Positions 20,859 to 30,384 of a DNA stretch of 64,000 bases are shown here, piece after piece (position 1 is the first letter of the stretch; each line of letters starts with the position of its first letter). Below the pieces are notes generated by a model. The model was given only the letters and a program-made list of their open reading frames with translations. It had not been told where the DNA came from and made no database searches. Origin of the DNA: Cyanobacteria bacterium P01_F01_bin.150 (GTDB lineage: Bacteria; Cyanobacteriota; Cyanobacteriia; CAKZMO01). The DNA is taken from positions 64,001 through 128,000 of the forward strand of contig JBCCYL010000003.1 in NCBI GenBank assembly GCA_039189765.1, written 5' to 3'. Both the position numbers and the translations under genes were made by a program.

Positions 20859-20918
20859 TTGGCATATATATGCTAGTACAGAGCAGTTTTGGTATGTATA
20901 TGCTAGTACAGAGCAGTT
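20859..20918. repeat. 30-bp tandem duplication upstream of the haemagglutinin gene
   Basis: TTGGCATATATATGCTAGTACAGAGCAGTT / TTGGTATGTATATGCTAGTACAGAGCAGTT (2 mismatches). Confidence 0.9.
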
Positions 20919-20960
20919 GATATTACGGTTCCCCCCATAAGTTTTAGATTTTTTGCTCCT

Positions 20961-23900
20961 ATGGTCTCTTCAACTTGTTGGTCTAATAATTCTTTGTTTC
21001 TGGGGCGGTGGGCGATCGCGCTTCCCTTCACGCTTCTGCCGATAACCGTAATCACTAGTCTGGAAAGCGGTCCGGTGCTGGCTCAGATTGTGCCGGATCA
21101 GACGCTGGGGGCAGAGGCGTCGGTAGTGGTGCCGAATATGTCGATCAATGGGCTGGATGCGGATCGGATTGAGGGGGGCGCAATTCGATCGGAGGTGCTA
21201 TTCCATAGTTTTGATCAGTTTAATGTAGCGGAGCAGCAGGGGGCGTATTTTGCCAGCCCGGTGGGGATTGAGCGGATTCTGAGTCGGGTGACGGGGTCTG
21301 ATGTGTCGGATATTTTTGGCACGTTGGGGGTGGAAGGTACGGCGGATTTGTTTTTTCTGAATCCCAATGGCATTGTCTTTGGTCCCAACTCATTGCTGGA
21401 TATTGGTGGGTCGTTTGTGGCGACAACGGCGGATGCTTTTGAATTTGGCGAGTTGGGCACCTTTAGCGCCCGTGATCCGGAGTCACCCTCACCATTACTG
21501 ACCATTGCCCCCTCAGCGTTTCTGTTTGGTCAGCAGCCTTCAGGGGAGATTGTGAATCGCTCGACGGCTAAGGTGGCGGCGGATGGGGATTTTCCGGATT
21601 TAGCGGTGGGGTTACGGGTGCCCAATGGCGAGATGCTGCTGTTGTTGGGAGGCGATGTGGTGGTGGATGGGGGCCGATTGAGTGCCTTTGGGGGGCGTAT
21701 AGAGATTGGCTCGGTGGCGGGAGTGGGCAGCATTGGGGTGGATGGAGAGGGAGGCTTAATGTTTCCCGATGACGTTAAGAGGGGGAGCGTTCGTCTGGAG
21801 AATGATGCGGTGCTGGATGGGGCGCTAGATGGGGGCGGCGATATTCAAATGCAGGCCGGGATTATAGATGTTCTGGCTAGCGTGGTGCAAACGGGCATTC
21901 GAGAAAATTTTGAGGCAGTCGGAGGTCAGGCTGGAGATATCCGAGTGGATGCCACTGAGCAGGTGACAGTTGATTCCGCCTCGGTTGTTACCATTCCTAA
22001 TGAGAGCCGTTTTGTTTCTGGAATCGGTAACGTAATAGAGCAAGGAGCAATAGGGAATTCAGGCAGGATAGACATCATCACACCTATTCTGCAGGTATTG
22101 AATGGTGGCCAGATTAGCTCTAGCACTTTTGGAGAAGGGAATGCAGGGAGTGTGACAATCACCGCGACTCAATCTGCGACCGTTGATGGAACTGATTCCA
22201 TTGATGAAGAGTTTCCCAGTGGAGTGTTCAGTGTCGTAGTCTCAGGATCGATGGGTAATGCTGGTGATGTAAGCATTAATACCCCTATTCTGCAGGTATT
22301 GAATGGTGGCCAGATTAGCTCTAGCGCCTTTGGAGAAGGGGATGCAGGGAGTGTGACAATCACCACGACTCAATCTGCGACCGTTGATGGAACGTCCTCC
22401 GGTGGTGCGATTTCCAGTGGAGTCAGTAGTGACGTGATATCAGGAGCAATGGGCAATGCCGGTAGCGTCAGCATTAATACCCCTATTCTACAGATATTGA
22501 ATGGTGGTCAGATTCGTTCTAGCACCTTTGAAGAAGGGGATGCCGGGAATGTGACAATCATCGCAACTCAATCCACGACCATTGATGGAACGTCCTCCAG
22601 TGGTGCGTTTTCCAGTGGAGTCTTTAGTGAAGTAGTGTCAGGAGCTACGGGCAATGCTGGTAGCGTAAGCGTTAATACTCCTGTTCTGAATATATCAGAT
22701 GGGGGCGAGATTAGCTCTAGCACTTTTGGAGAGGGGGATGCCGGGAGTGTGACAATCACCGCAACTCAATCTGCGACCGTTGATGGCACTAATGCCATTG
22801 ATGAGGAGTTGGACAGTGGAGTGTTCAGTGTCGTAGCATCAGGAGCGATGGGTAATGCTGGTGATGTCAGCATTAATACCCCTATTTTGCAGGTATTGAA
22901 TGGTGGCCAGATTAGCGCTAGCACCCTTGGAGAAGGGGATGCAGGGAGTGTGGCAATCACCGCAACTCAATCCACGACCGTTGATGGAACGTTCTCCAGT
23001 GGTGCGTTTCCCAGTGGCGTCTTTAGTACCGTGGAGGCAGGAGCGACGGGTAATGCTGGTAGTATCAGCGTTAATACTCCCGTTCTTAATATATCGAATG
23101 GTGGTCAGATTATCTCTAGCACCTTTGGAGAAGGGAATGCCGGGAGTGTGACAATCACCGCGACTCAATCCACGACTGTTGATGGCGCGTCCTCCAGTGG
23201 TGCGTTTCCTAGTGGAGTCTTGAGTGACGTGGAGGCAGAGGCTATGGGTAATGCTGGTAGTGTCAGCGTTAATACTCCCGTTCTAAATATATTGAATGGT
23301 GGCCAGATTAGCTCTAGCACCCTTGGGGAAGGGGATGCCGGGAATGTGACAATCATCGCGACTCAATCCACAATCGTTGATGGAACGTCTTCTAGTGGAA
23401 CGTTTTCCAGTGGAGTCAGTAGTGCCGTGGAGACAGGATCTATGGGTAATGCTGGTAGTGTCAGCGTTAATACTCCCGTTCTAAATATATTGAATGGTGG
23501 CCAGATTAGCTCTAGCACCCTTGGAGAAGGGGATGCCGGGAATGTGACAATCATCGCGACTCAATCCACGACCGTTGATGGTACGTCCTCCAGTGGTGCG
23601 TTTCCCAGTGGAGTCTTTAGCACCGTGGAGGCAGGAGCGGTGGGTAATGCTGGTAATGTAAGCGTTAATACCCCCGTTCTGAATATATCGAATAGTGGCC
23701 GGATTAGCTCTAGCACCCTTGGAGAAGGGGATGCAGGGAGTGTGATAATCACCGCAACCCAATCTGCAACCATCGATGGAACGGATGGATTTGCCGATAT
23801 CTTCAGTCTCGTTGATTCAGACGCTATTGGGGATGGTGGAAGTATAAGGATTATGACTCCTCTATTGAATATCCAAAATGGGGCGAGTATCAGTGCAGAA

Positions 23901-25112
23901 AATTTGAATGACAGGGATGGCGGCGATATTGTGATTGCAGCTAAAGTAGTCAACCTAGAAAATCAATCTAGAATCCTTGCCTCTTCTGAATCCGGTAGTG
24001 GCGGCGATATCATATTCACGGGACTTGAAACCCTAACCGTGAATAACCATGGTCAGATTGCCGCTGCAACTAATACGGGTGTAGCAGGCCGAATTGACAT
24101 TGTGGCAAGCGATACCGTTCACCTTAGCAATCACTCCCAATTATCGGTTGAAACAGGCATCGAATCCGCAGTCTCTCCAAACCGCACTCGGTTTGCTCCG
24201 GTCAGAACGGAGGACAATACATTCATTCCCAAAGGAGGAGATATTGCCATCACCAGCGATCGCCTGATCGTTGAAGGCAATTCTGATATCTTGGTCAGCA
24301 GCCCTAATGGCCAAGCTGGGAATATCGACATCAATGCCCGTCTTGTCCATCTGGATGAGGGAGAATTCCGGGCAACTACCAATGCCAATGCCCCAGACCG
24401 AGACTCTGCCACTATTACCCTAAGCGGATTAGACCTATTGGCTGTGACCAATGACAGCTTAATCTCTGCCGAAGCATTTGCTGCAGCGGATGGTGGTAAT
24501 GTCATTATCAACGCCGAAGATGGATTTATCGCAGCTCCGGCCAACGCCAACAGCGACCTTATTGCTAACGCTATTGGTGGTAACGGAGGAAACATTAGTA
24601 TTAATGCTGTCCAGATCTTTGGTCTTGCTCTGAACTCTGGTGAAATAGAAGTACTACGGGCTAATCAAACTAACGACCTCAGCGTCAGTTCCCAGTTAGG
24701 CATTGATGGTGCTGTGGTGATTGAAACCCTGGGGATTGACCCCAGCCGAGGACTTGGTGAACTCCCCGGCGAAGTCGTAGACGCACCCCCACTAGACGCC
24801 GTCTGCTCCGCCAACTCCCAACGCCAAAGCCAATTTATCCAAGCCGGACGCGGCGGCCTCCCCACCACCCCTACCGATCCCTTCAACGGCAGCACCCCCT
24901 CCACCCCCTGGGTTATCCGCCCCACCCCAGAAAGTGCCCAATCCACTCCCCCCGCCCCCCTCACCCAATCTCCCACTCCCCACCTCCCCACCCTCACCGA
25001 AGCCCAAGGCTGGGCCACCCACCCCAACGGCACCATCACCCTAATCGCCACCCATCCCCAAACCACCCCTCAAGAATCAGATCAACCTCCCCAAGGCGTC
25101 TGTCACCCCTAA
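20961..25112 (+). CDS. Filamentous haemagglutinin N-terminal (TPS) domain exoprotein
   Basis: Signal peptide VLA-QIVPD, LFHSFDQFNV, FLNPNGIVFG, beta-helical G.AG.V.I repeats, C-terminal GRGGLP and EAQGW motifs. Confidence 0.92.
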   Translation: MVSSTCWSNNSLFLGRWAIALPFTLLPITVITSLESGPVLAQIVPDQTLGAEASVVVPNMSINGLDADRIEGGAIRSEVLFHSFDQFNVAEQQGAYFASPVGIERILSRVTGSDVSDIFGTLGVEGTADLFFLNPNGIVFGPNSLLDIGGSFVATTADAFEFGELGTFSARDPESPSPLLTIAPSAFLFGQQPSGEIVNRSTAKVAADGDFPDLAVGLRVPNGEMLLLLGGDVVVDGGRLSAFGGRIEIGSVAGVGSIGVDGEGGLMFPDDVKRGSVRLENDAVLDGALDGGGDIQMQAGIIDVLASVVQTGIRENFEAVGGQAGDIRVDATEQVTVDSASVVTIPNESRFVSGIGNVIEQGAIGNSGRIDIITPILQVLNGGQISSSTFGEGNAGSVTITATQSATVDGTDSIDEEFPSGVFSVVVSGSMGNAGDVSINTPILQVLNGGQISSSAFGEGDAGSVTITTTQSATVDGTSSGGAISSGVSSDVISGAMGNAGSVSINTPILQILNGGQIRSSTFEEGDAGNVTIIATQSTTIDGTSSSGAFSSGVFSEVVSGATGNAGSVSVNTPVLNISDGGEISSSTFGEGDAGSVTITATQSATVDGTNAIDEELDSGVFSVVASGAMGNAGDVSINTPILQVLNGGQISASTLGEGDAGSVAITATQSTTVDGTFSSGAFPSGVFSTVEAGATGNAGSISVNTPVLNISNGGQIISSTFGEGNAGSVTITATQSTTVDGASSSGAFPSGVLSDVEAEAMGNAGSVSVNTPVLNILNGGQISSSTLGEGDAGNVTIIATQSTIVDGTSSSGTFSSGVSSAVETGSMGNAGSVSVNTPVLNILNGGQISSSTLGEGDAGNVTIIATQSTTVDGTSSSGAFPSGVFSTVEAGAVGNAGNVSVNTPVLNISNSGRISSSTLGEGDAGSVIITATQSATIDGTDGFADIFSLVDSDAIGDGGSIRIMTPLLNIQNGASISAENLNDRDGGDIVIAAKVVNLENQSRILASSESGSGGDIIFTGLETLTVNNHGQIAAATNTGVAGRIDIVASDTVHLSNHSQLSVETGIESAVSPNRTRFAPVRTEDNTFIPKGGDIAITSDRLIVEGNSDILVSSPNGQAGNIDINARLVHLDEGEFRATTNANAPDRDSATITLSGLDLLAVTNDSLISAEAFAAADGGNVIINAEDGFIAAPANANSDLIANAIGGNGGNISINAVQIFGLALNSGEIEVLRANQTNDLSVSSQLGIDGAVVIETLGIDPSRGLGELPGEVVDAPPLDAVCSANSQRQSQFIQAGRGGLPTTPTDPFNGSTPSTPWVIRPTPESAQSTPPAPLTQSPTPHLPTLTEAQGWATHPNGTITLIATHPQTTPQESDQPPQGVCHP
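22017..23790 (+). repeat. Nine intragenic tandem repeats of about 198-201 bp (66-67 aa)
   Basis: SGV.S.V..GA.GNAG.VS.NTP.L.I.NGGQISSST.GEGDAG.VTI.ATQS.TVDGT repeated with high DNA identity. Confidence 0.9.
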
Positions 25113-25471
25113 TCGCCACCATCTCTCTGACATAGGTCAACATACAGCGCAGCAACTGGGCCATAGCCTGGCCCCAAAGCTCAAAGCCCCAGCGGCAGGC
25201 CACCGTATTAAGTCCAAACCAGCCGCGTGGGCAACCAGCACAGTCCCACTGCCGTTTTTGGCTGGCAAGTATCCGACATTTCCAACATTTAGAGCCGACA
25301 TGCCCGACTGACAGAGCCTCAGCAAACAGTGCATGATGCAAACAGAACACACGATTGTAAGCCTGTGCAGGTGTTTTTGAAGTGATGGGCACACGTTGTT
25401 TTGTCCATCTTACATGGCTGCTCAGATTTGTCCTCTACCAACACACAAATAACACACAAGGATGCCCTCCC

Positions 25472-25953
25472 ATGACTCAACAGGAAATTCAAGTGGCAGA
25501 CCTGAATGGCACCAATGGCTTTGGCGTTGCAGGCTCAAACCTCCTCGAACAGCTCGGCACATCCGTTAGTATTTTGCAGGACTTTAATGGCGATGGCATT
25601 GATGACTACCTGATTGGTGCCCCTAACACAAACCGGGCCTATTTGATTTATGGACGACAAGGCACACAGTCTACGGTGGACCTAGCTCAACTCATGGCTT
25701 CTCAAGGAGTCGTCTTGCGGGGGGTAAACGACGACTTTGCCGGATCCACCGTGCGTGGCATCGGTGACTTTAATGGGGATGGGTTTGATGACGTGGCGAT
25801 CGCTTTACTTTAGCTGGAGGCTTTCGCTTTAATCAGCTTACGATTGTCCAGCAGGGAGATGACGCTCTTGTGCGTATTGGCAATACCAACATTGCTCTAG
25901 TGAAGAATACAAATGCCAATCGTTTAGACCATCCCCAAATTTGGCAAGCATAA
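25472..25953 (+). pseudogene. FG-GAP (integrin-alpha-like) / RTX secreted protein with its centre deleted at a HIP1 site
   Basis: Frame 1 gives DLNGTNGF..., DFNGDGIDDYLIGAP, GDFNGDGFDDVAIA; frame 2 from the same HIP1 gives DRFTLAGGFRFNQLTIVQQGDDALVRIGNTNIALV...*, an RTX C-terminal domain. Confidence 0.85.
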
Positions 25954-26018
25954 GTAAGACACTAAGGTGTGCATCCCTATCAGGAGCGCACAACTCAATA
26001 AAAGTATGTCCCTTTGGC

Positions 26019-26939
26019 TTAAGTAACCAGTTTTTTTTTCTCAGTAAATGACATCGCCACACCCTTCTCATAGTAGGCCGCTTCATTAATAAAAATTGGG
26101 TAGACGGGCGTCTTGCCCTCATAGCTAATGGTTTCTCCCTCAAACGTCAAAAACATCGGATCGCCAAGATTTACAACTTCGTAGTCCTGAAATTGTCGTT
26201 GGGGATGGGTCATCGCGATCATCTCTGCGTTGTTATTTTTGGGATAGTCAATGGCACCGATATATTGATAGACCGTTAAAGGGGTTGGCTCACCGGATTG
26301 TGTTGGTCGCTGAGTGGGTGATTGTGTTGGCGATCGCTGGGGCGAAGCATACTGGCAATTATGCTGATCCGCATAGTCTAAGGCATGGTGAATCAACGCC
26401 TCCGTTTTCTGAAACAGGTCGGCATTCAATGTGGCGTGAGCCAGGGGACCCACCTCAATGCCCAGCCGATATTTGCCCAACGTTCGCATGGAATCATTCT
26501 CCCGGCCTGACCCTGTGGAGCTGTAGAGCTTAACAGCGGGGGTTTTAGCCTGTAAGTAGGCCGCAAGACCAAGGGTAAAGGGATCAAGATGATCTAGAAT
26601 CAACATCAGCCCAGCATTGGATGTGGTGCTATGGAGATCAATCACAAAGTCAGTCGGCGTTTCCCCCTTTGGGCCATACTGCTTTAAAAGATTTTTTGCC
26701 CTGGCTTCTTCGTAAATCGACGCAGATGCACTCCATGCTTGATGATCAAAGCAGCGATTTAAGTCTTTATCAAGATAGCGGGTCACCTGACTGACCGCTC
26801 GAGGATTGCCCATTAAAGAACGGGCTGCAAAACTAGTCCGTTTGATTAAGTCTGGACATTCTTGAAATTTCCTAACCATGTAAATGCCAGTCAGTTCATT
26901 CCCATGGGTCCCTCCCACAATTAAAACCTGATGAATCAT
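26019..26939 (-). CDS. Aspartoacylase (AstE/AspA family)
   Basis: IVGGTHGNELTG, RYLDKDLNRCF, IDLHSTTSN, FINEAAYYEK; ATG at 26939 with AAGGAG RBS. Confidence 0.92.
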   Translation of the reverse strand: MIHQVLIVGGTHGNELTGIYMVRKFQECPDLIKRTSFAARSLMGNPRAVSQVTRYLDKDLNRCFDHQAWSASASIYEEARAKNLLKQYGPKGETPTDFVIDLHSTTSNAGLMLILDHLDPFTLGLAAYLQAKTPAVKLYSSTGSGRENDSMRTLGKYRLGIEVGPLAHATLNADLFQKTEALIHHALDYADQHNCQYASPQRSPTQSPTQRPTQSGEPTPLTVYQYIGAIDYPKNNNAEMIAMTHPQRQFQDYEVVNLGDPMFLTFEGETISYEGKTPVYPIFINEAAYYEKGVAMSFTEKKKLVT

Positions 26940-27055
26940 TTTCGCTCCTTTACTGTCAAGGCTATGAGAGGGCACATCCGCTAAAACAGTAGTCATGATT
27001 TCTTCAGCAAATTGGCGTAGTTGATCGTGATATGGAAGCGCGATCGCCCTCCTTA

Positions 27056-27122
27056 GAAATTGTAGCTGTGTACGAACACACAAATCCTTTGGCTACATTG
27101 CAGCGCTTTATCAAGGTTTTGC
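27056..27122. repeat. Dispersed 67-bp repeat, copy B (uninterrupted)
   Basis: GAAATTGTAGCTGTGTACGAACACACAAATCCTTTGGCTACATTGCAGCGCTTTATCAAGGTTTTGC. Confidence 0.8.
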
Positions 27123-27145
27123 GGGAAATAGAGTAATTGTACTGC

Positions 27146-27230
27146 TAGGGGCTTCAACGTAAGGCGGAACAAATTTGTGGAAAATTGGGGCGCAACGCGC
27201 CCCAATTTTCCACCTTAAGTTGATACCCTA
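27146..27230. mobile_element. MITE-like element
   Basis: Ends TAGGGGCTTCAACGTAAGG / CCTTAAGTTGATACCCTA with internal palindrome GTGGAAAATTGGGGCGC-aac-GCGCCCCAATTTTCCAC. Confidence 0.6.
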
Positions 27231-27448
27231 CTGCAAAATGAATTGTCGTATGTGAGCATCACCTACATCCCCTTTATTTTGGACAAATTTTGTACGCGCC
27301 TGAGCGTGATGCTGGCAGATAACATATACGCTTATTTTCAGAAAATTTAACGGCCTCACAACTGCACGATGACGACTAGGCTGTAAATTTATTGTGCTGT
27401 TTATTTATATTTAGCTAGCTTCGCGCAATTGATTTTGAGCGATCTTCA

Positions 27449-30160
27449 ATGCTTTCGCCAATGACTTTCTCTCCCGTTCCTGATTCTAAGTTCCAGAACA
27501 TACGCTATTTACAGCGGGCTATCCTTGGGTATTCGGCTCTAACCTTACTGTTGCTGAGTTCATCAGTGGCGGTCGTTAGTCTGCTTCCGCTGTATCGAGG
27601 CATGCGGGAAGAGCGGCAAGAGCATCTTCTTGATGCTCTCCATTCTCGGAGCCTTACTGTAGTAGAATGGAAAGATCGTACCCGGCAGATTGCTCTACAG
27701 ATTGCTAGTCGTACCACAGCAAGACAACAGCTTGAATCCTACAATCGCGGTGACGTTGAACTGGTTGCCCTTCGTCAAAAGAGTCAGGAACTACTCCTAG
27801 ATGCCTTACAGAAAAGCCATGATGTGGTGGGTATTACGCGCTTGGACATAATGCAGCAGCCGATTATTGATATTGGGATGAAAATCCCCACTGAAGCTTG
27901 GCCAATACCTCCCCATCAGTCCCAACCGGCTGAGGTAAAAACCATGGTTGAGCATATTGATGATCGTACCTATATCGTTGTCGGTGCACCCATTGTTAAT
28001 GCTCGTGGAGAACGGGTTGGGACAGATATTGTTCTGTTTGATGCTGATAAGCTTCAGCAAATCCTTGCTGATTTTGAGGGTTGGGGAGCAACTGGAAATC
28101 TCCTCCTTGGAACCGTTTGGCAAGATAGACCTCAACTCCTATTGCCTAATGAAAAGGATAAGCAAATTGATCGGCAAGTGAAAACCGCCATGACCTTGGC
28201 TTGGCGCGGAGACATGGGGCTATTGTCGAATCGGCGACAAACGACTACCGTTGCCTATACTCCTGTTACCGAGAGCTTATGGGTACTTGTTGCTGTCGTT
28301 GACTCTAAAAAACTCTACGCGCCAGTATGGCGTCAATTGTGGAACATTGTTGGGACGACAGGCATTCTTATTCTTTTAAGTATTGGTGGAATGTTGTTGT
28401 TGTTGCAGCCTTTGACCGGACGGATTATTCTGCGGGCTGAAGAACTTGCCGAAATTGTCCGCAGTCAGACTGCAGCTTTGCGAGAGGCCCGTGATGATCT
28501 CGAACGGCGAGTTGATGAACGGACAGCTCAACTCTCTCAAGAAGTTAGCGATCGCAAACATGCCGAAGCAGAATTACAGGCGGTATCTGAGCGGCTAACC
28601 CTGGCGCTACGATCGGGTGATTTAGGCTACTGGCAATGGTTACTTGCAACCAACGAAGTATATTGGGACGATCGCCTTTATGAGCTTCATGGCATTCCTA
28701 AAGGGATTATGGACTACGACATCTTCTGTTCTACCGTGCATCCCGATGACGTTGTGTCACTCCAAGAGCTGATGCGACGAGCCATTGCGGAAGAATCCTA
28801 TGAAAATGAAATTGGTCATTCGATTCCCTATGAGGTTATTTACCGAACGGCGGGTCATGGAGGAGAGACGAATTATCTTAAAGCTTATGGCTCCGTTTTA
28901 CGAGATCAGGCCGGTAAGGTTACAGGATTGTTGGGCGTAACCTTTAATATCACTCGCTTTAAGCTGGCGGAAAAGCAGCTAGCACTCTCAAACCAAGAGC
29001 TAAAGCGGGCTAGTCAAATGAAAGATGAATTTTTGGCAACCATGAGTCATGAACTGCGCACTCCTCTCAATGCGGTTTTAGGAATGGCAGAGATTTTGCA
29101 GAAGGAAATTTATGGGGCCGTTAATCCTAGACAACGGGATGCACTCAACATTATTGAGCAGAGTAGTCAGCACCTGCTGAATTTGATCAATGGTATTTTA
29201 GACCTCTCAAAAATTGCGGCTGGCCAAATGCAGCTATATTCAACCCCTACAGATGTAGCTGAGCTTTGTCACAATAGTTTGTCCCTCATTCGACAGCAGG
29301 CCCAGTTGAAACAGCTTCAACTGCATCTAAAGTGTCCAGATAGCATTCCATGCCTCATGTTGGATCAACAGCGGATTTATCAAGTCTTGATCAACCTGTT
29401 GAATAATGCGGTCAAATTTACGCCAGAAGAGGGCCAGATTACTCTTTTGATTGACCCACAGCCTGTACCCGATCCCGCAGGCTTTTTCCCCTGCGGTTTT
29501 CTTCGATTGACGGTCAGCGACACTGGAATTGGTATCCCACCCGAAGACATCGATAAACTCTTCCAACCTTTTTTTCAAGTTGATAGTACCCTTAATCGTC
29601 ATTATGAAGGAACAGGACTCGGATTAGCCTTAGTCAAACGTTTTGTGGAACTTCATAGGGGGCGAGTCAGCGTAAAAAGCAAAGTTAGTGTTGGTAGTTC
29701 TTTTACGGTGGAACTTCCTTGGACCGTAGCAGTACACTCTCCGGCTTATTCATCGATACCTCAAGCTAATGTCGCTGCGATCCAAGCAAATGATGTTCCG
29801 GACATCCTGCTTGCTGAAGACGACACAGCTAATATTCGGACGCTCTCTAGTTATTTAGAGGCAACAGGATACTGTCTTGCGGTAGTAAGAAATGGGCAGG
29901 AAGCCGTTGAGCTGATCCAAAAATGGCAACCAAAGCTAGTGCTGATGGACGTTCAAATGCCGGTGATGGATGGGCTTGAAGCAACACAGTATATTCGACA
30001 AACTCTTGACTTGGTTGATATCCCGATTATTGCGCTAACCGCACTAGCTTTGGAGGGGGATCAAGAACGTTGCCTGGAGGCTGGTGCCAATGATTACCTA
30101 AGTAAGCCAATACGCTTAGAGTATCTGGACGACCTCCTGAAACGATATTTATTAAAGTAA
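27449..30160 (+). CDS. Membrane hybrid histidine kinase (periplasmic sensor, PAS, HisKA, HATPase, receiver)
   Basis: Two TM helices, VHPDD PAS motif, MSHELRTPLN, NAVKFT, DTGIG, GTGLGL, LMDVQMPVMDG. Confidence 0.94.
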   Translation: MLSPMTFSPVPDSKFQNIRYLQRAILGYSALTLLLLSSSVAVVSLLPLYRGMREERQEHLLDALHSRSLTVVEWKDRTRQIALQIASRTTARQQLESYNRGDVELVALRQKSQELLLDALQKSHDVVGITRLDIMQQPIIDIGMKIPTEAWPIPPHQSQPAEVKTMVEHIDDRTYIVVGAPIVNARGERVGTDIVLFDADKLQQILADFEGWGATGNLLLGTVWQDRPQLLLPNEKDKQIDRQVKTAMTLAWRGDMGLLSNRRQTTTVAYTPVTESLWVLVAVVDSKKLYAPVWRQLWNIVGTTGILILLSIGGMLLLLQPLTGRIILRAEELAEIVRSQTAALREARDDLERRVDERTAQLSQEVSDRKHAEAELQAVSERLTLALRSGDLGYWQWLLATNEVYWDDRLYELHGIPKGIMDYDIFCSTVHPDDVVSLQELMRRAIAEESYENEIGHSIPYEVIYRTAGHGGETNYLKAYGSVLRDQAGKVTGLLGVTFNITRFKLAEKQLALSNQELKRASQMKDEFLATMSHELRTPLNAVLGMAEILQKEIYGAVNPRQRDALNIIEQSSQHLLNLINGILDLSKIAAGQMQLYSTPTDVAELCHNSLSLIRQQAQLKQLQLHLKCPDSIPCLMLDQQRIYQVLINLLNNAVKFTPEEGQITLLIDPQPVPDPAGFFPCGFLRLTVSDTGIGIPPEDIDKLFQPFFQVDSTLNRHYEGTGLGLALVKRFVELHRGRVSVKSKVSVGSSFTVELPWTVAVHSPAYSSIPQANVAAIQANDVPDILLAEDDTANIRTLSSYLEATGYCLAVVRNGQEAVELIQKWQPKLVLMDVQMPVMDGLEATQYIRQTLDLVDIPIIALTALALEGDQERCLEAGANDYLSKPIRLEYLDDLLKRYLLK

Positions 30161-30384
30161 AGAATCTATCTCTGACCCAACTGATCCCATTCTCTATGGA
30201 AGTGAGCCTGAAATTAGTCCGGAATGCATCCCTAATTGAAATAAGTCTTCAAATACATCTAGAATCGCCGTTAAGGCTTTTGTGTTAAAATTTATAGGCA
30301 ATTTGGTCTTGGGCCTCTCTTCGGACTTCAGACCTGCGACTTCCCCTAGTTGTAACACCTAGAAACGTAGGAGCAACAGCATTT

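Noticed and set aside
22017..23790. Diversity-generating retroelement template/variable repeats in the haemagglutinin or TPR repeats
   Set aside because: Repeats are in-frame tandem units, mismatches are not adenine-specific and no reverse transcriptase is present
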